A DNA stretch of 32,000 nucleotides. It comes from Promethearchaeota archaeon (lineage in GTDB: Archaea > Asgardarchaeota > Lokiarchaeia > Sigyniarchaeales > SOKP01). How positions within the stretch are numbered: the first letter of the stretch is position 1; every line of letters begins with the position of its first letter. Under the pieces are notes generated by a model that was not told the origin of the DNA, made no database searches, and was given only the letters and a program-made list of their open reading frames with translations. Shown here piece by piece: positions 17,396 to 24,565 of the stretch. The DNA lies in the NCBI GenBank assembly GCA_030606485.1, contig JAUWGH010000003.1:330001-362000 (forward strand), given 5' to 3'. A program made the translations under genes and the position numbers.

Positions 17396-17485
17396 ATGAA
17401 AACAAATAGAAGAAATAAAGAAAAACAAATAAAAAATAGAATAAATATTCCTACAGGATATAATCCACAGTATTTTATATATTAA
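17396..17485 (+). CDS. Unannotated small ORF, 29 aa: MKTNRRNKEKQIKNRINIPTGYNPQYFIY
   Basis: ATG 17396 to TAA 17485. ATATATTAAA TATA-like box at about 17351-17360, AGAGAG upstream of the start, and a T9 tract at 17492-17500. Confidence 0.55.
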   Translation: MKTNRRNKEKQIKNRINIPTGYNPQYFIY

Positions 17486-17491
17486 ATAATC

Positions 17492-17508
17492 TTTTTTTTT
17501 ATTTTTAT
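17492..17508 (+). terminator. Oligo-T archaeal terminator-like tract after the 29-aa sORF
   Basis: TTTTTTTTTATTTTTAT begins 6 nt after the stop codon. Confidence 0.45.
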
Positions 17509-17593
17509 TATATTTAATTTTTGGAATTAAGTGCTTCTACTTTAAATTATCATTTTTGTGTTAATTTTTTGCATTATTTAAAATAATTTAGTA

Positions 17594-17992
17594 TTAATGA
17601 TCATGTAAAAAACCATTGGGAAGAGTTTCTCCACATAAACATTGACTTGGATGACTATATACTTCGCAAATTCTTTCAATCAAATCACACGATATAACAT
17701 TTGCTATTTTTCTAGCTTCTTCATGAGCAAATTCTTCGGTAAGATTTAACACATCCATTAAGAAATGGGCAACCAGATGTTCATGCAATTTAAAATGCTG
17801 AGCTTCTTTCTTCCCGGCAGCAACTAACTCAACACTTCTATAAGGTTCCCATCTAACAAACTTTTTTTCAACTAATCGTTTCACTGCACTATTCACAGTG
17901 CTATGTTTAATATTTAAGGCTTTAGAGAGAACACCTACACTTATTGGGCTGTTTATTTTTTCTAAATAATTCAAAATTTTATTTTCAAGCAT
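17594..17992 (-). CDS. DtxR/MntR-family metal-dependent transcriptional regulator with divergent metal ligands
   Basis: wHTH 'LSKALNIKHSTVNSAVKRLVEKKFVRWEPYRSVELVAAGKKEA', dimerisation helix 'FLMDVLNL...AHEEA', and 'HPSQCLCGETLP' equivalent to GHPxxCPHGxPIP. Confidence 0.9.
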   Translation of the reverse strand: MLENKILNYLEKINSPISVGVLSKALNIKHSTVNSAVKRLVEKKFVRWEPYRSVELVAAGKKEAQHFKLHEHLVAHFLMDVLNLTEEFAHEEARKIANVISCDLIERICEVYSHPSQCLCGETLPNGFLHDH

Positions 17993-18040
17993 AGTAGATC
18001 ATGTTTTATTTTTTGTATTTTTCCTTTAAAATAATTAAAT

Positions 18041-18820
18041 TTATATATGCACTTGAAAGACTAATATCATTGTTCCTATTCCGGCCATCATTAAAAGAAA
18101 TTGCCTAAGTGTATGTTTTAATTCTATATTACGATGTTGCAATTCAGGATATAAATCAGCTAAAGCAATGTAAATAAAACTAGCAGCTGAAAATGCCAAG
18201 ATATAAGGAATCGCAGTTCTAACAATATCTAAAATAAAATAACTTATAATAGCTGCAGGAATGGTCGATGAGCCAGATAAAGTATTGTAAAATAATGCTT
18301 TCTTTTTTGAATAATCTTGATCAAGTAGTATTCCAAAATCACCTACTTCCTGAGGAACTTCATGAGCAATAACAGAAAGGCTTACAGCTATACCCATTGC
18401 AAAATTAATTAAGAAACTAGATGCAATAATAATACCATCAATAAGATTGTGGAAAGAATCTCCAATGAGAATAATTGGACCAGGAGCACCATGCACTTCA
18501 CAATTTGTTACATGACAATGACGCCAAATTATTAATTTTTCAAGAACAAAAAAAACAACAACCCCCATTAAAACAGTTGCTAATATAAATGATATATTTT
18601 GATTAACCTGTTCTATTACGGTAATATTTTCGTTAGCATACCCGATAGCATGTGGTATCATTCCTAAAAAAGCTGCTGAAAGTAATGTTCCGGTAGCGTA
18701 TGAAATTAAGCATGGAATAAGTGTATTCTGTACTTTATCATTAAATAGCAATAATGCACCCGCTGATAATACTGCACCAACACTGCCCAATACACTAAAT
18801 AATATAATCCATATTAACAT
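18041..18820 (-). CDS. ZIP family divalent metal transporter
   Basis: TM4 GDSFHNLIDG, TM5 IAHEVPQEVGDFG, loop WRHCH, ASFIYIALADLYPEL. Confidence 0.95.
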   Translation of the reverse strand: MLIWIILFSVLGSVGAVLSAGALLLFNDKVQNTLIPCLISYATGTLLSAAFLGMIPHAIGYANENITVIEQVNQNISFILATVLMGVVVFFVLEKLIIWRHCHVTNCEVHGAPGPIILIGDSFHNLIDGIIIASSFLINFAMGIAVSLSVIAHEVPQEVGDFGILLDQDYSKKKALFYNTLSGSSTIPAAIISYFILDIVRTAIPYILAFSAASFIYIALADLYPELQHRNIELKHTLRQFLLMMAGIGTMILVFQVHI

Positions 18821-18866
18821 TTTTTTATTCTCTTCTATAATTTATTTTAAAAATTTTTAATAAAAA

Positions 18867-18882
18867 TTACGATATGTCGTAA
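18867..18882. promoter_or_regulatory. Palindromic operator 1 (TTACGA-TATG-TCGTAA)
   Basis: 6-bp perfect arms, 47 nt upstream of the ZIP start codon. Confidence 0.7.
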
Positions 18883-18918
18883 ACTAGTATAAATAAAAAA
18901 TAATCAGAAATTTAAACT

Positions 18919-18934
18919 TTACGATAAATCGTAA
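18919..18934. promoter_or_regulatory. Palindromic operator 2 (TTACGAT-AA-ATCGTAA)
   Basis: 7-bp perfect arms, same consensus as operator 1 and 52 bp from it. Abuts the TTTAAA TATA-like box at 18911-18916. Confidence 0.7.
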
Positions 18935-18970
18935 TTATACAATTTTATTAATTACTATCTTTTTTTTTTA

Positions 18971-20668
18971 TTAGACAAAGGAAGATGCTAAATATATTGA
19001 TGTACCGATTATAGTCGCAACAACCATTATTACAATAAATAATAATCTTAAAAGAAAAGTCTTTTTAAGTGGTTTTGATAATACTGCTTTAAAATTAAAC
19101 TTTTCTCGAGATTTTAAAGTTACTGGTATGTAATAATTTATTGTAGAAGTCTTAAATTTTAATTGGTATAATGGAACACATAAATATATAAAAATCAGAA
19201 AGCATACAACGACCATAAAAATTGTACTGATAACAGAATCAAGAATTAAAACTGTTGATGTTGCTAGAGCCCAACTTTGTGTTATTTGTAAAGAAATAAA
19301 GAATAACAATCCCGGGATGGCAGCTACATCAAAAAAATCTAATTTTCTAAATTGCTTAGCAAGTTTTAGTTCAGTGGGTTTGTATGTGCGAATTTTGAAG
19401 AATTTATAACGAAATTTTCTTTGAAATTTTAAAATCTTATCGGAATCATTACATTCTATTAGATCACCATTAATATCACTAAAATCCTGCGAAATTGCTC
19501 TTATAACTAAAATTGAACCGAAAATAATTGCAAACCACCAATAAAGAGTGCCAAATAAAATAAAAAAATTCCACATTACAACAGAAGTAGCAATAAAGAA
19601 AATCCCCAAAATGAGGTTAGTATAAGAACGGTGAGTTGTACTAATTTGATTACTTTTCATAAATTCAGAAATTTCTTCTTTTTTCATGGAACATTCAAAA
19701 ACTTCTGATATATCCTCTGTTATGGGATCTATTTCTTTTAATCTTATTTTAGATTTCTCAGGCTCAAACCACATTTCATATAAATCATCCTTGGTAACAA
19801 TTTCAAAATAATGCTGAGGAGTTAAAACCAAAAAAAACAAGGCAAAACATTCCATAATAGCAGAAAAAATTAATAAGATTCCCTGAATTGGGGTTTCTAA
19901 TCTTGGAATCGCGTACATGTTTATGAGATAAAAACCTTCAATAAATGATAAAACAATAAAAGGCATTAATAGAACCACCCAAATAAGTTTTGGACCTAAG
20001 TGATTGTTTTGATACCGTAATGCTTCAATATCTTTTTTCAGAATTTTTGTAGTCCATGGAGAAGTAGGTCTAAATTCGTGAAAATACAAATTATTTTTTG
20101 AATTTGAAAAGACACCTCTAAAAGAGCTTATCATTACATACAAAAATAGACCGATCCCAAAAAGACTGGGAAAAAGACCAACAGTATAGAAATAAGAAGG
20201 ACCACCTAAAACTATTGCCTGACCGAATGGAGCCGAGTGGTGAGAAAGACCTCCAGTTAAAATGAATAGATCTACGAAACCCATAATAAGCAATAATAAT
20301 GAAGCAATTAATCTACTGAGGGCAAATGAATAAAATCTTATGGATTTTGCTGGTTTCTCATTAACTTCGAAAAACTTATCCAAATAATAAGAAACTATGT
20401 GCGGTTTAGGAATTTTCATTATTGTAATCTTTATACACATAAACAAACCAATCCCAAATAAAATCCACCCAAGAATGAAAGCAACTTCAAAATCAATACC
20501 AACATCTATAAATTCTACAGCATAACTTAAAACAATTATAAAGAAACCAAGAACTAATAAAAATGCTCCTAAGATAAGAATTATTAAAATTAAACGTCTT
20601 GGTTTTTCATATAATTCTTTAATTATATCAATCTCAACTGTTTGGTTTCTTTCTTCCATCTTAACCAT
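18971..20668 (-). CDS. Hypothetical polytopic membrane protein (565 aa) with apparent internal two-fold repeat
   Basis: About 11-12 hydrophobic segments in pairs, separated by short beta-rich soluble stretches. No family recognised. Confidence 0.8.
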   Translation of the reverse strand: MVKMEERNQTVEIDIIKELYEKPRRLILIILILGAFLLVLGFFIIVLSYAVEFIDVGIDFEVAFILGWILFGIGLFMCIKITIMKIPKPHIVSYYLDKFFEVNEKPAKSIRFYSFALSRLIASLLLLIMGFVDLFILTGGLSHHSAPFGQAIVLGGPSYFYTVGLFPSLFGIGLFLYVMISSFRGVFSNSKNNLYFHEFRPTSPWTTKILKKDIEALRYQNNHLGPKLIWVVLLMPFIVLSFIEGFYLINMYAIPRLETPIQGILLIFSAIMECFALFFLVLTPQHYFEIVTKDDLYEMWFEPEKSKIRLKEIDPITEDISEVFECSMKKEEISEFMKSNQISTTHRSYTNLILGIFFIATSVVMWNFFILFGTLYWWFAIIFGSILVIRAISQDFSDINGDLIECNDSDKILKFQRKFRYKFFKIRTYKPTELKLAKQFRKLDFFDVAAIPGLLFFISLQITQSWALATSTVLILDSVISTIFMVVVCFLIFIYLCVPLYQLKFKTSTINYYIPVTLKSREKFNFKAVLSKPLKKTFLLRLLFIVIMVVATIIGTSIYLASSFV

Positions 20669-20700
20669 CTAATATTTTTTTTTAACAATTTTATTTTTTC

Positions 20701-22239
20701 TTAACTTAAAGGTGGTGGAATAATTCCATAAGCGCGACCCATCCAATAAACGCAGTTATATACTCGACCATCTCCTTCAGTTAAACCATTCCCTTGGCGT
20801 CCACCATCTTCTTCAAATGGATTATCTCCCCAGAAATTGCCAGGATCATAATACATCATGTCAACAGTAGCAGGTTGCATCCAGAGCTCATCGGTAAAAT
20901 CAATTTCAAGTGCAATAGGTGCATATAGAAAGCCCAATGGTCCATTTAAAATTTGATTCCATTTTTCTGGTGCTGGATTCTTAGTATGCCATGAGGGGCG
21001 TTCCGTTGCATTAAAGTTTATATATCCTCCCTTTCCCCATTCGATATTATTTTGAAACCGCATTAATTGGTCAAAAATATCATTACGAATTGTTTGATTT
21101 TCATCTCCTGTCCAAACTAGATATATCATATTAAAAAACGCATTACGATGATATCTTATAAGCGGATAAGTGCCTTGAATATATTCATTAATAAAAAATT
21201 GTTTTAAGTTAGGATCTTGCGTAGTCATAATTAGATTGAAGAGGTCCATGTGTCCAAAATTCCATCCATAGTATTCTTCAATTATATTGAAAGTAGAACC
21301 TTCCCCAATGCCATTCATGTACATGTTCTTAGTTGCATAATAGTGCCATAAATCATCATATAGCCCGGGATATGCTATTCTACCCAAATTTAATAATGAT
21401 AAAACCCATTCTCCTGAGCCTAAAGTGGCTTTTAAATCAGTTCCACAAGGGTTTCCATCTCCTCCAATAACCAACCAATTGGTTTTTCTAAATCCCTCTA
21501 TTAATTGAGCGATTAATAATTTAACACGCTCCTGCACCCACGAGTCATCACATAACTGAAGTGCGCGCCCTAAACCAAATAAATAACCACCCATCTCATC
21601 TTTGGAAGTATATAATCTACAACGCCAATTTTCATATTCACCGGAACCATTGAAATGTCTTACATGGGGGCTTAGCATCCAATTAGTAACATGCTCATAT
21701 CCTGGAATATTTTTATGCTCAGGAGCCCAATAGAATCTGGCTGGAATTCCCGGATAATCAGGACCAATTCCACCATTTGGAACAGCGAGCATATAAGAGA
21801 ATCCGGTTAGTAATCCCTTTATTATTCTCAATGCATCTTCCATCATTGCTAAATTGCCTTCATCTTTCGCTGCTTTGTATTTAAAGCAATAAGTAGCTAG
21901 TGACGTTCCGGTTGATAACCCAGCATTATCGGTGGAATGGTAATATGCAGGAGTCGTGTAGTTATAATCTGTAAATGTAATTGTCAAGGACAAATTTGAA
22001 GCCATGTGAAACTGTTCAAATCGAAGATCTAATTTTGCAGACAATTGATCCATTTTGTTAAAATCGGGCTCTATAAAATCAGTCGTATTTAATCCGATAG
22101 TATAAGTAAAGGAGGCTAGGTCATCCAAAATATAAAACACACCACCAGCGTATCCCAAAAAAGAACCAAATGGGAGAAAAAACAACAATACCACAAGTAA
22201 ATTATGTCGTTTTAAATTTTTTCTAGTTCTAATTCTCAT
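20701..22239 (-). CDS. N-terminally anchored/secreted protein, predicted helical-barrel enzyme-like fold, function unknown
   Basis: Basic N-terminus plus a hydrophobic helix (aa about 14-38). Conserved-looking motifs TDNAGLSTG, TSKDEMGG, RNAFFNMIY, NPFEEDGG, YWMGRAYGII. Confidence 0.8.
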   Translation of the reverse strand: MRIRTRKNLKRHNLLVVLLFFLPFGSFLGYAGGVFYILDDLASFTYTIGLNTTDFIEPDFNKMDQLSAKLDLRFEQFHMASNLSLTITFTDYNYTTPAYYHSTDNAGLSTGTSLATYCFKYKAAKDEGNLAMMEDALRIIKGLLTGFSYMLAVPNGGIGPDYPGIPARFYWAPEHKNIPGYEHVTNWMLSPHVRHFNGSGEYENWRCRLYTSKDEMGGYLFGLGRALQLCDDSWVQERVKLLIAQLIEGFRKTNWLVIGGDGNPCGTDLKATLGSGEWVLSLLNLGRIAYPGLYDDLWHYYATKNMYMNGIGEGSTFNIIEEYYGWNFGHMDLFNLIMTTQDPNLKQFFINEYIQGTYPLIRYHRNAFFNMIYLVWTGDENQTIRNDIFDQLMRFQNNIEWGKGGYINFNATERPSWHTKNPAPEKWNQILNGPLGFLYAPIALEIDFTDELWMQPATVDMMYYDPGNFWGDNPFEEDGGRQGNGLTEGDGRVYNCVYWMGRAYGIIPPPLS

Positions 22240-22336
22240 TTTTTATACACAAGATTGCATTAAATAAAAGATTGGATCTATAATTATATAAATTTTAGAT
22301 TTGTTAATTTAGAATAATTATTAAAGAGATGAGATA

Positions 22337-22349
22337 GAAAGTATATATT
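22337..22349 (+). promoter_or_regulatory. Putative BRE/TATA promoter (GAAAG TATATATT) for the 7TM gene
   Basis: Consensus-like archaeal promoter about 75 nt upstream of GTG 22423. Confidence 0.45.
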
Positions 22350-22422
22350 AAAAATATGAAATTTCAAATAATAATTATTTCAAGAATAATATTAAGTTAA
22401 AAATATTTAAGAGATTTTTAGA

Positions 22423-23202
22423 GTGTTTTTTCAAGAGATTAGTCAGCTGGCTCACGTTTCAGGGATAACTGCATTTATATCTATTTTGGTGGCATTTCTT
22501 TTAGCGGGGATAATATTAGGTAAAGCCATTAAAGAAAAATCTCGCATTGTATTTGAATTTTCTTTTTGTGTTGTTTTTACAATATCACCATGGTTCCCCT
22601 CAGGTATGGGTTATTTATATTTTTTGATTACAGGAGTACATCTCCCATATGAGATCTATATAATAATTGGAAATCTTTTCCTTCCTCTCGCGATCATTTT
22701 CTGGCTTGATATATATCTTACTACAGTTAGTCCAAGTAGAAGAAATCCAATATTATGTATATATATTTTTTTCTCAATATTTTTCTGGATATATGCTTTT
22801 TATTTCTTATATTTTTCTCCAACTGCTCCTGTTGAAGAGATGTTAGGAATAATAGATGACCCGACAAATCCATTTGATATTGATTACAAAGGGTTTGTTT
22901 TAGTGTATTTAGCAACTAGTATATTTACATCATGTACAACTGGCTTTCATTTTGCTGCAAAATCTTTAAAAATTGAAGATAAAGAAATTCAATGGAAGGG
23001 GAGATTCTTATTAATCGCATTTTTATGCTTCGGAATAAGTGCCATCGCAGATTCAGTTATTCCAATGACTGAGATCTCATTGGTGATTTTCAGAATAATA
23101 TTAATTTTAGCAAATTTGTTTTTCTATATTGGTTTTATTCTGCCAAAGTGGATAAAAAAGATTATCTTTCATGAGGATAAAACCCAGACCGACGGAATAT
23201 AA
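22423..23202 (+). CDS. Stand-alone seven-transmembrane protein
   Basis: Seven hydrophobic helices and a short amphipathic tail (LPKWIKKII). No cytoplasmic output domain. Confidence 0.8.
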   Translation: MFFQEISQLAHVSGITAFISILVAFLLAGIILGKAIKEKSRIVFEFSFCVVFTISPWFPSGMGYLYFLITGVHLPYEIYIIIGNLFLPLAIIFWLDIYLTTVSPSRRNPILCIYIFFSIFFWIYAFYFLYFSPTAPVEEMLGIIDDPTNPFDIDYKGFVLVYLATSIFTSCTTGFHFAAKSLKIEDKEIQWKGRFLLIAFLCFGISAIADSVIPMTEISLVIFRIILILANLFFYIGFILPKWIKKIIFHEDKTQTDGI

Positions 23203-23300
23203 ATATTAATTGTATTTATCATTTTTTTCTTTATATATTAAATTTCATTAATGAATTTTACATTATGAAATGAAAGAGAATTTTTTAGGTATGATATGAG

Positions 23301-23675
23301 ATGCGACTAAATAAAAAGTTAGTAAAAGAATTTCAGGATTACGATTTTTCCCTAATAAAAGAAAAGAAGTTATTTTTAGTAGGTTCGGCAAGATTTCGTG
23401 ATTATTTCATTAAAATTGAGTCAATCTTACAAATAAAGTACAAAAAATTAGTTTCCATTGCCTCGGTTGATGGGCTCTTGAATAAAGATATGTTTTCAGA
23501 AGATGAATGGGAAATTTTACAAGAAATTGCCTTATCTAAATTAAAAGATCAAGAAGCAATTTTAGTTTTAGATATAAATGGTTATATTGGAGATCATACT
23601 AGACAAGAAATAAAGTTCTTCCAGAATGAAATACATAGACCTATATATTATTTATCACGATTAAGAATTTCTTAA
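23301..23675 (+). CDS. Nucleoside 2-deoxyribosyltransferase-like (DUF4406-like) small protein
   Basis: LFLVGSARF...KLKDQEAILVLDINGYIGDHTRQEI...RPIYYL fits the GS..F / KI..ad.ilv...GYIG..T..E pattern. Confidence 0.6.
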   Translation: MRLNKKLVKEFQDYDFSLIKEKKLFLVGSARFRDYFIKIESILQIKYKKLVSIASVDGLLNKDMFSEDEWEILQEIALSKLKDQEAILVLDINGYIGDHTRQEIKFFQNEIHRPIYYLSRLRIS

Positions 23676-23712
23676 TTTTTAAGAGGAATTTTTAGTAATA
23701 TCTGGATATTAC

Positions 23713-23724
23713 TTTTTTTTTTTT
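23713..23724 (+). terminator. Oligo-T terminator-like tract
   Basis: T12 run 37 nt downstream of the 23675 stop. Confidence 0.4.
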
Positions 23725-23786
23725 AGGAATTTAAATACTTAGAATTAGAATTAGACTAATTCATATATAATAGATTTCTTGGATAT

Positions 23787-24542
23787 TTGATGATTAAGGA
23801 CATTTTTATCATAAAGGATGGAATTCCTTTATTAACTGAGCATTGTCCGGAAGTAGGTGGCATCTTTAGTAATAATGATAATGCACTTTTGATTTCGGGG
23901 TTTTTCTCAGCCTTGGATTCTCTATCCGACCAATTTCAAGATTTTGGAAATATTAGTGAATTAAAATTATCTAATGATATGAAATTATCCTTTATGAGGG
24001 ACCCCAAAATTGATAATTTAATCTATATAGCATCAACAGACACAAAAAGTGATGAGAAATCAGTTAAAAAAATATTAAAAAAGATATCTAATTCATTTTC
24101 AAATAAATATAATGCTAATATGTTAGAAAAATGGAGTGGTAAGCGAGCTGATTTTAAAGATTTTAAAGAAGAATTAGAAAAAATTTATAATCAGGATGAT
24201 AATTTGGAAGAGTCTAATAGTAATCAAGTTATAGAAGAAAAACTGGTTGTTCAGAAAAATCACGAAGAAAATGCTAATGAAGATAAAAATGAACAAGTTA
24301 TTGAAGTAAAAACGCCCCCTAAAAAAAATTCATTTTCAAATGCAAAACCATTATTAAGAATTAATTCTAATTCAAATCCAGAACGGTTTTTATCTGGGGA
24401 AATGGCAATAAAGATATTTAAGGAGATAAATGGAAATAATAATATTGCGTATATTGCTCAAAAATTGCAATATGATGAGGTTGAGGTTTTTAATATATGT
24501 AAAAATTTCACAAAAATGGGGCTAATCGCTTTTTCCATGTAA
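23787..24542 (+). CDS. Longin-like domain protein with acidic linker and C-terminal winged helix (start TTG 23787 or ATG 23790)
   Basis: IFIIKDGIPLL...LLISGFFSALDSL...LIYIASTD...ILKKISNSFSNKY fits an Asgard longin-like pattern. C-terminal IFKEINGNNNIAYIAQKLQYDEVEVFNICKNFTKMGLIAF fits a wHTH pattern. Confidence 0.7.
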   Translation: MMIKDIFIIKDGIPLLTEHCPEVGGIFSNNDNALLISGFFSALDSLSDQFQDFGNISELKLSNDMKLSFMRDPKIDNLIYIASTDTKSDEKSVKKILKKISNSFSNKYNANMLEKWSGKRADFKDFKEELEKIYNQDDNLEESNSNQVIEEKLVVQKNHEENANEDKNEQVIEVKTPPKKNSFSNAKPLLRINSNSNPERFLSGEMAIKIFKEINGNNNIAYIAQKLQYDEVEVFNICKNFTKMGLIAFSM

Positions 24543-24565
24543 TTAAAAAAGAAAAATTTTTAATT

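Noticed and set aside
17474-17485. C-terminal YFIY of the sORF as a proteasome-activating HbYX motif
   Set aside because: HbYX needs Tyr in the penultimate position; here Tyr is last and Ile is penultimate.
22356-22400. 14-codon upstream ORF before the 7TM gene
   Set aside because: AT-rich, with no distinctive composition or SD; expected by chance.
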